Of a stretch of DNA of 64,000 bases, positions 1 through 10,396 are shown in pieces. Source of the stretch: Raillietiella orientalis (lineage: Eukaryota); NCBI GenBank assembly GCA_036172245.1, contig JAYWIR010000014.1, positions 2,356,001-2,420,000 on the forward strand, in the 5' to 3' direction. The position numbers and the translations under genes are program-made. Positions within the stretch are counted from its first letter, which is position 1; each line of letters begins with the position of its first letter. Below the pieces are notes generated by a model, which worked only from the letters and a program-made list of their open reading frames with translations, had not been told where the DNA came from and did no database searches.

Positions 1-172
1 CCCGAAACTTCGTCCAAGTTGGTTGGCTGATTGGTTGGTTGCATTTGCTTTTAAACCGCACTAAGTGAGGAGGGGGGGGGGATTCGATGTTTGCATGTCT
101 TCCTTTCCTTCAGGTTTTTTTTTGTTTTTTTTCATCGGTGGGAGGGAGGAGGCAAAACAGGATAAATCGGAG

Positions 173-745
173 GTTTTTCACCCGGGTGAGCTGGGGCTTT
201 TATTATTAAAATTTTTACAATAGAAAACATTTCATAATAAAGTCTTGATTTTTTCGTTGTTCTGCTTGTTTTTCAGTCGGGACATATGGCCCGACTGTCT
301 TGAGGCACTTGTCCTTACCGACCCGCAGGCCGATAAGGTCCTCCACACTGGCGAAAGGGCGGGAAAAACAAAGATAAAACAAAAAAAAGAAAACGCCTGG
401 GGGGTAATGTTCTTTGGGAGGGGGGGAAGGGAAGGGATCACGGTACGCCGTGAGGAGGCCTCTGCATCCGGTCACGGATGCGGACGAGTGCCTGTAAATG
501 TTTTTGATGTCGGCGCCAACGGCAGGCCTTCTCTAAGGAGATGGCTGCCCAGTGGATGGCATTCCGACTGGTATGGCCTCTCCTTGACGCGGTCCACTTG
601 TCCAGAATTCCGCATATGCAACAGAGCACTGCTACACACCCGGAAGCTGGCAAGGCGTCCCGCATCAGGAGTCGAAAGATGTTCTTCGGGTCGCCCCGCG
701 GAATGTTCAAGATCGACGAGAGTCGGTCCCACATATCGCGCAGGG
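173..745 (-). mobile_element. 3' fragment of L1/Tx1-type non-LTR retrotransposon (ORF2 C-terminus plus 3' UTR)
   Basis: Minus frame LRDMWDRLSSILNIPRGDPKNIFRLLMRDALPASGCVAVLCCICGI...; stop then T-rich UTR, AATAAA and hairpin CCCAGCTCACCCGGG. Homologous to 63430-64000. Confidence 0.8.
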
Positions 746-749
746 AGGT

Positions 750-1900
750 AGGCTCGGGAACAAAGGTGATTTTGATTTTCCAATGGCACATGAGGAATCT
801 GGAAAGATCGCACGCAGCCCAGAGAAACAAAACAAAACAAAACAAAACAACGCTCCTGGAAACCAAACCTAGAGGATTGTTACGTCTTGTATTGTTACTG
901 AACTCGTATTGTTGCGTCACCAGCCCACTCTGATTCGTTCCCGATCCCGCGGGTTGTTTCAAAAGAGGTCCAGGGGATTCGTGCACATTCACGAGAAAAA
1001 CAACAACCAGGTGGTTCCCGGTTTCACGAGTGTGTAGGTGTTTGTTTCGGTCGTTCCTCGCGTGTCGTTCCCCACGTGTTCGGTTTGCAAATTCCCAAGC
1101 AGCGCGGTTTTTCAGACCGTTTTCGCAGCAGTGCTCGTCCTGTAGCTCTCCTCTCTGCAGCCTGGTTTCGGTAGATTTCGTGAATACAGCGTCCACATCA
1201 GGAGGAGAGAGAGCAGGATGCCACTCATCCCCGCTTCGTATGCCTACGGGTACTACCCTTTCCTTTGACGCTTCGTTACTTCTGACAGGCCACAAATGTT
1301 CGTTTCCTTCCAAAGAAGCGAAGAGCCCGAAGTGCGATTTATTGTCGTTAATTCCATAATAAGATCCTCTTTCATCTAATTACAGAAGAGTAATTTGCTC
1401 TTCCCGTTTTAGCATATGAATCGGTGGATGATGGAATTCCGAAATGAGTGACTGCAGTTCCGCTTCAGTGCACAGAAGCCATCAGGATCGGGGAATAACC
1501 CGTGCGTTTATACGAAAAGGTTGCATGGCTCCGTCTTCGGCGCCGTTGCATTCATATGACTCCAGGAATAAGAAGAATGATGCGAGCACCTGATGCCAAC
1601 GCGTTTAGCAACCGCAATGGCTTCAGCAATTCAGTTCTAAGGCGCCGGATCGTGAACGTTTTCATAACGATTTGGCCAGGAGGAAGCTCAGATTTGCGAA
1701 CTGTTGCTATCCAAAGAGGATGCTTCAGCTTGCTTTTTCTGAAAACTCGAGGGTTTCTTCTGATGCGCACCTTCTTCCTAGCTCCACGAACGTATTTGTA
1801 TGTGTCCAGAGTAATTTTCCCCATCACTTTGTCTCGCTTCGACATGGCAACGAGGAACGAAAAGCATCATTTATTTTTGCTCTGCAAGTCTTGTATAATT
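750..1900 (-). pseudogene. Decayed rhabdovirus-like glycoprotein (G) EVE
   Basis: Across frameshifts: LFPDPDGFCALKRNC, VGIRSGDEW (cf. VSV G GVRLPSGVW), EHCCENGL, and a C-terminal hydrophobic stretch VVLFCFVLFLWAAC. No introns. Confidence 0.45.
826..851. repeat. (AAAAC)n microsatellite
   Basis: About five tandem AAAAC units read directly. Confidence 0.85.
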
Positions 1901-2139
1901 TTGCGAAAAATGTTTACTCGAGAAAATGAGGCGAAAAGGAAGGAAGGAAAGGTTCGGAAGGAAGGATGGAGGAAATCTGCTGATTTCTGCAGCAGCATCG
2001 AAAGAAAGTCTCGATTCAAAATCAGCCCGAGCTGCTTCAATGAAGCTCTTGATCCAGCGTAGCGGCAATCAGTTTTCACGGTTCGAAATCTCACGACTTC
2101 AAAACTGTTATCTAGAAGAAAATTTATTCACATGATGGT

Positions 2140-3340
2140 ATTTAACACTGTTCAGCGAATTTGACCCTAGCAACCAGAGTGAAACTCTGACGTTCGTTAA
2201 GCCGCCTGCTTCGAGACCGCCAAGCGGTGAGACGTGGAAGCTCTCCGAAACCTTCACTGGAAACGCACGGCGTTACTTGCGGGAGACACCGTCGGCGCGG
2301 CGTGCTACCTCTGAATTCTCTTGAGGGACATTGGGCTGGGCTCTGGGCCCCACAAATACAGCTCACCGGGCTTCACGTCTTTGGTTTCTGAGACAAACGG
2401 CTCAAGCGTTCTCCAAACGAAAAACGCGAGGAACCTCTTCGTCAACGCTTCCCGATGGATGCCTTACTGCTCTCGCGCACTTTAGTTCACTGAGACTTCC
2501 CATGGCTTAGTGCAAGTACGCCTTCGGTACGACTCAGTCCCGACACGGTGACGCATTGCACTCGCCAGTTCACGAGAAGGTCCCAGGCCGCGCAGCGCGA
2601 CCTCTACATTGCCTGCCGAGTTCAAAAAACCTGGGATGTGCAGAATACTTTGAGAGGCAAAGGGTGAATCCGTCCCGTTAGGCACTCATGGGAAAAAAAT
2701 CAAGTGCAGATCGATGGAGATCGGAATGGCCTGGCTGCGAAGGTCGATCATCTGATAGATCCCAGCTCTCTATTAGAGAATCCTCCAAGGTCGAACTTGG
2801 CTGGATCTTCGAAGTCGAGGACGGGCACAGTTGGCCACGACGACTGCCGGAACTTCATCTTTAGAGAGAACGGACGCACCCTCAACGTCGAACTCCTTGA
2901 AACAGCCTCCAGACTCGTCTGCAGGCTGCTTTGGGCTATGGGCTCTTCTCCGTTCGATCGCCGTTACTAGGCAGCTCCCGATTGGTTCCTTTTCCTCTGC
3001 TTAATAATCCAGTGGGCACTCCCTCCTGGACCAAGCGGGGTGTTGAACAAGAATAAGGAATAGTAGAGCGAAGAGCATGAGGTGGAACACCCGCCAGAAA
3101 CTTCGACAGCCACCATTCCGTACGTAGGCGGCAACATGGGAGACGGACGCATTCGGAGAGTCCCAGCTCCCATTGGATGAGCCATATCCTCCAGTTCGCG
3201 CCGGCATAGGGCGGGGGAGGAGGGTGGGGAGGGAGCTGGCGTACCGACTGGCGTGAACTCGCTCCCACTGCAAACGCAAACGCAAGCGTCGGCCACCAGC
3301 AGGACGGAGAGTGCGGCTGGCATCCTTGCTCCTCTCATTC
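2140..3340 (-). pseudogene. Second decayed G-like EVE, upstream of the first on the minus strand
   Basis: Signal-peptide-like MPAALSVLLVADACVCVCS; GGCSTSCSSLYY resembles RGCFTSCKSSL at 18.3 kb and the G motif C..TTC..WY; later DESGGCFKEF. Heavily frameshifted. Confidence 0.35.
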
Positions 3341-3419
3341 GAAGAGACGTCTATAGCGCTCGTGCTGCTCCATTCCAAGGACGCGAACGGGTCTCTCACA
3401 TCGGGTCTCATCGGGAGCG

Positions 3420-3654
3420 ACGGATGACGCCGGGGAGTTTAACCAATGCAAATAAACATGTAGACACAAGGGGTGGGGTCGGAAAGGTCGCCGCCATGGG
3501 AGTTGCAAGGGGAAGGGGGACTGGAGCTGTGGAAATACAGGAGGAAAGGAATGATACAATTTGTAAATAAAGTAATTGGAGGAAGAAGTATGATAAGGAG
3601 TCGGTTGTCATCTAATTCCGGGGGTTCTCCTTCGTGGTCCCTGCAGCAACTTGG
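3420..3654 (-). mobile_element. 3' end of an older LINE, interrupted by the 3655-5253 insertion and resuming at about 5254-5560
   Basis: Shares the 15-mer CACAAGGGGTGGGGT (3465-3479) with the LINE 3' end at 21020-21034; split by a target-site duplication. Confidence 0.5.
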
Positions 3655-5253
3655 TTTATCACCCGGTCACGTCAGGACGTTTATCAGAAAAAATGATAAA
3701 CATACATGTGGAGGGCCATAGACCCTACATTGTCCGAAAATGCTCGGAAACTGCCGAGTAACCGGCACGTAGGCCGGCGAGGTTCGCCTCGGCAGCGGAG
3801 GAGGAGGAGCAAACAAAAAGAAAAATAAAACAAGAAAATGTATGCAAAAAATTGGGAGGGCTAGAGAAGGGATCACTGGAATCTGGAGGGCGTCCTCTGC
3901 ATCCTTTCCAGGATGCCGGCAAGCTCCATCCGAGTATGCCCCAGGTGGGACCATCTTGTTGCCGTCCACAGGAAGCGCAGGGCGAAGCAGGTGGCGTCCC
4001 TATCACGCCGTCCTCCTCTCGCGTAGCTCCAGGCCGCCGCAATCCCACGTAGGCAGAAAAGAGCTGCCAGGGATGCGGCAGGCGAAAGGGCGTCGCGCAC
4101 GAAAAGGGGCCTCATCACGTCCCTGGGATTGTCCGTCGGTGCACCAAGGACGGTTGCGAAATGCAACCACAGGGGCCGAAGGGCAACACAAGTCTACAAG
4201 AAGATGAGGGTGGGGATTCCCGTTCCCCGCACCTGCAGCAGTTGGAATTCACAGCCCCCCGGGTCCAGTGAGACCGGCGGGCAGCGTTGCACGGGTGGTC
4301 CCAGTGCAACAGCAGAAGTGCCGACTCCTGCCACTTCAGGGGGACGGTCCGGTCTTCTTCAGCGCTGGGGGCCACTCGAGGTCTTCCTGTAGGATTCCCA
4401 GCAACTCACCCCAGTTCCATAGTTCCTTCGGTGGGGCACTTGGGTTCGCAGAGTCCTTGAGCTGGCCCGTGGTCTAGCCACCTAATCCACTTTGCTCTTC
4501 CACCGAACTCTCATCAGACCTCCCATTTGGCCGGCTGGTTACTGCCCAATTGCTCCCTGTGGGAGATCAGTGCCGCGGCTAGGGAGGTTCTTCGCACCCA
4601 CTCACACGCGGTGGCCTGCACGATGACGTCCTGCAGCGTGCAGTTGTTGTAGAAGGAGTGCAGCAGTCACTGCCGTGTCTTCGTTGTTCTTGGCCCATGT
4701 GCGAACAGTTTCCTGCAACCAGGCACTGCCGTTCGCAGGCCTGCAGGAGACGCAGTTGTTGGTCCTGGTCAGCTTGGCCATCCGCCGGATCTCCAGTCCG
4801 CAGCTGGACAAATTGCCGCCGCGCCAGGAACGAAGACAGTCCCGCGTAGTCGGTGGCTCGATTGACCAGGTATCGTGCGGATTCGCAACAGTTCGTGCTC
4901 CAAAGATTCTCCACGAGGGCAAGAGTCCTCCACTGGAGCTACCACTCCAGGCGTTCCAGCTTCCGGAGACGGAGGCTCCCGTCGCGACGCGGAGCGCACA
5001 AGTACTTCAGGCGGACTCGGGGCCTCCTTGTGCCCCAGAGGGCAGTTCTGAGGAGGTTCCTCGTCCGCCTTTTATGTTACTCGGTGAGGAACAAACAAAA
5101 AGCGGGGAGCAGAGGAAGGAGGCCACGAACATCTTCCACACCGCGACCCGTTCCTGCAAGAGAAGCTCTTTATTCTGGAACGGGTCGAATATGCCGACTC
5201 TGCCTTCTGGAGGCAGCTGGGCCACTCCGCCGGAGAATGGTCCCCAGCAGCTT
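3655..5253 (-). mobile_element. 5'-truncated L1/Tx1-type LINE with 13-bp TSD
   Basis: ERVAVWKMF..., CAPRRDG, PLKWQESALLLLHW, CCRCGERES zinc-finger-like motif, structured 3' UTR. TSD TGCAGCAACTTGG 3642-3654 / TGCAGCAGCTTGG 5254-5266 (1 mismatch). Confidence 0.85.
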
Positions 5254-5699
5254 TGCAGCAGCTTGGCGACTTCCTATCTGGTCGCTGCTGATGCTGGAGC
5301 CAGTGCAATCGCGCGTTGCAGCCGGAGGATTGCCATCTTGATGGCACTCGCTGCTGAGCAACCGCGTGCTGAGCCTCTTTGTGCTTAGTGTCTGGCCGCC
5401 AGCCGCCTGAGTGAGATGCGGCGCGGAGCCTGCGTCTCCAGAAATGGTGCCGAGGGTGCACGGACACGACAGGAGAGCCATTCTCTTGGCCATCCGGTTC
5501 CTGCGGATAGCAGCGAGGTGGAAACACCTGCAAAGCTATCAAGGGGAGCTCTCCGACATCCCGTGAAGGATGAAGAGGACCATGAGGTGTGGGATGTGAT
5601 TCTTCCCCTGTTTGCTACATTTTCTTCAGATTTTTTTTGCGTTTCCTTTTCCTTCCTGATCCTTCAGCTCTCCTCCGTGGTGCTTTGGATCTCTTCGAT

Positions 5700-7490
5700 G
5701 TCCCCCCATTGAATGATCGGACTTGGTGAAACTCCCTGCACCCGCGGCTGTCTCATGGAAAGGCGGAGTCTGCGTCGGTACCTTGCGCTGTCTCGTCCCA
5801 ACCTCCCCACTGCCCCCACCTTTCACTCCTTTCTGGCCCGTCTTTCCGCCGCCGCTGACCATGGGAGAGGTTACTCCTCCCGGAGGATGTTCACTGGCTG
5901 GGCCATGCGCGTTGCCGAGCAGGAAGGAGGGCGAGGCTTTTATGCCTCGGTCCTTCCTCGCATTGTCCTGCCCGGAGGCGCCTTCCCGTGTGGGGGCGGC
6001 CGTAGCGAGGTTTCGCCGCCACCGCCGCTGCTGCTGCCGACAATTGGCACGCGGACGTCCGAGAGCGTCGGATGGTCTTAGGAAGGAGGAGACGCCCAGC
6101 CGGAGGCCCCCTCAGGGCAGGGAGACTTTCACACACGTGCACGGGTAGGGGGTGGGAGGGAAGGCGGAGGGAGGGATACGGAGTCGTCTGGAGGAAGAGG
6201 ATGGGGAAGCAGGCTGTCGCTCTTTGCTGCTGCCGCCGGAGGAAGCCCTCTGGTCGTGTGCGCTTCCTAAAGGCTCGCCCGGGACGTCCAGTGGAAGGGA
6301 AGACGTGTGAGGGAGATAGAGGAGGAACCTCAGGAACTTGCGCAGACCACCGGTCCTTCGCTGAACCGCTGGTGCTGATGCCGAACGCTGGCGGTGGCGT
6401 ACGACGCAGGTCTTCCCCCCTCCCGGAGCTCTTGTGCAGACGGCGGCCGTCATCCGCCACCTCCGACCTCGGGACGGCTCCCTGCGCTGGATGCCTTCCG
6501 ATGCGCACTCCCTCGCTCTTCCTCCCTCTTCTATCGGCGGCCTGCTAGTGCACGCACGAGGGAAGGATCGGGATACGAGCTCGGAGTTCTCATGCGACGG
6601 TCGCCTGCCCCCTTTCCCCTCCCCCCCCCCGTTATCTGATTCGCAGCGCCGTGGCAACTCGGGCTCCGTCCGCTGGGGAGCCGCGTGGCCACTGTGCCGG
6701 AAACGAGATAACGACCTCTTAATGGCTCCCTCGCAATCGCCGCTTGCTGCCTTCCGGAATGCTAATGGCGCCGTCCGCAGGAACCATTACGACGGGCTGG
6801 CGTTTCCCGTACGCGCGTCGTCGTCTCGCGGGGCAACGCGCGTGAGGGGAGGACCCGCTCGCACTCTTCAGCGGACGCACGGCGACATTAGGAAACGGGC
6901 GGACTCGCTCGTCTGCAGTTCGCGGGGTGGGGTGGGGGGTGGGGAGCGGCGGAGGACAGCAACGGGTTCAGCTGAGGAACCGCCGACGCTGCTGCTTCTG
7001 CTGCGAAGCGACAGCGATCGCCGCTGCTTGTTGGTTTTCGTTTGCCGCGGGATACGCGGGATCACCCGCGCGCGCAAGAGAGGGGAGTCACCAGCCCACC
7101 TGGCCCTCGTCGGCAAACGCCGCGTCCAGGGTCAAGCGTTTACACGGGAACCGTTCTTCCCCGTGCGACGCCGCCCCGGGGATGCAACTTACCCGCGCGC
7201 CGCTTCGGACTCGAGGAAAGCGTGTGGACTCAAGCAGCATCCTCGGCACCTCCGCCAGCGCCGCAGATCCGGTCGGCAGCATTGCCTCTCCGAGCTGTGG
7301 GTTTGGTGCGAAAAGAGTGCCCTCGCGGTGGCGGTGCGCATCCAGGAAACGGGCGGTCGTTCTGGTCTAACCGTCGTCGTCTGGAGAATGGAAGTGGCGG
7401 GGCGCACCGGGACGCCGTCTGACGTGCGTGCATCCTGCTGACGACGACCGTCATCACCGCTCTGGAGCTTTCCGCAACGCCATGCTGGCG
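5700..7490 (-). mobile_element. GC-rich low-complexity decayed element sequence, probably LINE ORF1/5' ORF2
   Basis: Arg/Pro/Ala/Ser-rich broken frames embedded among LINE pieces; no diagnostic motif recovered. Confidence 0.3.
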
Positions 7491-7496
7491 GGGGAG

Positions 7497-7890
7497 ACTC
7501 CACCCGGATACGCCTGGACGTTTTTTCAAACTCTTCCATGGTCAATACAATACGTGGTACAAGGCCCCACTAACGGTTAACATTTCGCCGGACCTGACGG
7601 GACACCGTACGCAGTCCAGCGTGACTCTCCTCGTTAGTGGAAAGGGAAGGGAGAAAAAACAAAAAAAATAAAAATAAAACAATAACCAGAAAAAAAAATT
7701 TATTGGAGGGAGGGGAAGGGATCACTAACCACTGGGAGGAAAGTCCATCCTTCGCAGGATGCCCTCGAAGTCCTCCTTTAATTTACCCAGCTGGGGCCAT
7801 CTGGCAGCTCTCACTATGAAGCGAACAGCATACGGGATGACGTCCCTCTCGTTGCGAACATCGTCGTGGGCATCACTCCAAGCCGCCACG
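7497..7890 (-). mobile_element. Short LINE 3' fragment
   Basis: VAAW...RGTSS...WPQLG-type ORF2 end, TGATCCC, T-rich UTR, terminal hairpin CCAGGCGTATCCGGGTG. Confidence 0.75.
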
Positions 7891-7929
7891 GTGCCTCGGA
7901 TTCAGCTAAGGGGAGAGGGGGGAGGGGAA

Positions 7930-9360
7930 GCACGCGCGTCCACGTAACTAGCCTTCGAGGATGCACGCCCCCCCTTCTTCTCCTTCTCCCCTTGCTTTTT
8001 GGTTGCCCTGCTCCCGGGAAAGCGGATGGAGGACCTCCTAAGGAAAGCCTTTGGGAGTACAGGGATGTCCCGAGTCCGCTTGAAGGACTTGTGCGCTCCA
8101 CGTCGGGACGTTGGACTGGGTCTCCCGACTCTGGAGCGAATGGAGAGACAGCTCCAGTGGACAGCAGTAGCCCCACTGGCAAAGAATTGGAGCACCCATT
8201 GGTGCACACGAGCACGCCTGCTGGTCAAGAGAGCATCCAACCTCGTCTTTCTTGTCGCGGTGCCGAGACCGCGTCCAGAGATGCAGATTGATGTTGCGGC
8301 AGCTCACTGCTCCGACAAGGGAGGGCAGCTGGATCCACTACTGCTCCGTGAACGGAGGACTTGGCTGTAGGAAAACGTTCGCGCGTGGGCGAAGATCCAG
8401 GAGCCGAGACCGATGCTATCGCGATGCTTGCGCTGCTTATCTCACAGCGGGTACTCTCTCCAAGTGCATCCCAGAAGGAGTGCATGCGCAGAGCAAACAT
8501 CCCTTGCCGCGGCGCTGCCCTCCTTGATGGAACAGATCGGCAGCAGTCTTCCGGTAATATATATGGCTGGCCGCGTGCAAACCGGGTGGAAGAAGAAAAG
8601 AGTTAGGAGCGCGGACCACGGGTCGGCTGACGGATGCTGCGACCCCAGGTGCCCACCTAAAGGACTTCTTGCGCTGGATTGAGCTGCTGGGACATTCCTA
8701 GGGATGACCCCGAGTGGTCCCCAAGTGCTGAAAAACTCGCTCATCCTCCCTCTCAGGTGGCGGGAGTCGGCGACCCCGGCGTTGTACTGAGGCTTGCAAG
8801 ACCCACCGAGATCACTGGACACGGGGGGGAGAGGGATTACCTCGAACTGCAGCAAGTGTGGGGAACGAAAGTTCCACCTCCTGCACCTGCTTGAGGATTG
8901 TGCTGCCCTCCGGATCATGTGGGAACGCTTTGCCGCGACCTCAGCTTCCCCCGAAGGCAATCCCAGAGGTGTTTTGAGAATTGACACTCTTCGTAAGAGA
9001 TGCTCTTACGCCCGCCGCATCCCCCGCAGCTCTCTGCTGCCTTCGTGGGATCATGGCTGCCTGGAGCACTGTTGAAGGAAGCGGCAACGATAGGGATGCC
9101 ATACAGTTTGCAATCCGTTTCTTGAGGATGGCGACGAGATGGCCCCATCTGGGGAATATGCAGTCCGAACTTGCCGGCATCCTTAGAAGGATGCAGAAAA
9201 CGCCCCATAGCAGACAGTGATCGCTTACCCCCCCCCCCCCCCGCCAGAGTGCTTTCTCTACTTATTTATTTTTCTATTTTGTTTGCTTTTTGTTTGCCCC
9301 CCTCCTTTCTATTGTCGAGATGATCGTCACCGGTCTGAGCATCGGCAACCCGACAGGCCC
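7930..9360 (+). mobile_element. LINE ORF2 3' fragment
   Basis: RVRLKDLCAPRRDVGLGLPTLERMERQLQW; CSKCGERKFHLLHLLEDCAALR (CxxC..H..C); LCCLRGIMAAW...WPHLG; stop at 9220. Confidence 0.85.
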
Positions 9361-9495
9361 TTCGACGAAACGTGATAGAAGCGACAGTTCCACCACTACG
9401 CTGCACTGACGTGCTTTTTTGTGGCTCCTCGAGCGCGATTCTTTTTCCGTCTTCTATGTGTGTGTTGTGCTCGTATGCGTCTCTTCGAAAGTCCA

Positions 9496-10205
9496 TGGCG
9501 CTGACACAAGAGAGGATGGAGGCTGCAGCCTGCGACGGAGTTCCTACTTCGGTTGTTCTGCCAGCCTCTGATGGTTCTGTTTCGCCGCCGGCGAGAAGCT
9601 TTGCCGCCGTCGTCAAGGCGGCGACAGCAAACGGAGCACCGCCCGACGAAGCAGAGTTACAGGCATATGCAGCCCATAGCTACAAGCCTGCGCTCTGTTA
9701 CCAGGTCAGCGCCTCGGTCTCCGACGGGGTCGGAGAAAATTTATGGGACGAGCTCGAACGCGTCTGGATCCGGCAGGATGACCTCCTGGTTGTCATGCCT
9801 GTGAGCGCGCTTGGACACTCGGAGGTGCACTGTAAGCAAGCAGCCCTAGTCCAACACCTTCTCCGCACCCCGCTGAACTTCCGCGGGAAGGAGGTCGTCC
9901 CATCGGCCATGGACCAGTCGTTCGTGATCCAATTGTCCGCCATCCGGGTGGAAACTACCGACCTCATGCTCGTGAGTGCTCTGGGTGCATTCGCCACGGT
10001 GCACGCGCTGTGGAGAACAGAGAACCTTATTAAGAGAATCGCATCTCTCCACAGCGGACTTGCCATGGAGCAAGTCACCATGGCGGACCGGAGGCTATTA
10101 CCTTCTCAGCTCCAGGTGGGCGATGAGGTCGTTCACCTGAAATTTGCGGGTCAGCGACTAGCATGCGGCATTTGCGGCAAGGAGGGCCACCGTCCGTGGA
10201 AGTGA
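9496..10205 (+). mobile_element. LINE ORF1 (gag-like), truncated in its zinc knuckle
   Basis: Open frame MALTQERM...RSFAAVVKA...VSALGAFATV...FAGQRLACGICGKEGH; SFA.VV and G.Q..C..C...GH are typical of L1/Tx1 ORF1. Confidence 0.8.
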
Positions 10206-10396
10206 CCTTCTCGCAACTGCCGCTACTGCAAAACGCTTGGGGCGAGATTCTCGCATTACCTCCGGAGGAGGTGAAGTGGCCCCCAGCGTGTTGGAGCAGT
10301 GGCTCCCTTTCCATGAAGTGGCAGGAGATGGCTTTACTCGTTTTGCATTGGAGACTCCCCTGCAAAGCACGCCTCACCCACAGGACTCGTGGAAGT
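10206..10396 (+). mobile_element. LINE ORF2 fragment just upstream of the zinc finger
   Basis: WGEILALPPEEVKWPPACW...WQEMALLVLHW..ARLTH; homologous to 12840-12985 and 62741-62899. Confidence 0.8.

Noticed and set aside
3205..3240. PPPPPY as a rhabdovirus matrix late domain
   Set aside because: Arises from a G/C run in one of three broken frames; the surrounding motifs fit a glycoprotein better.
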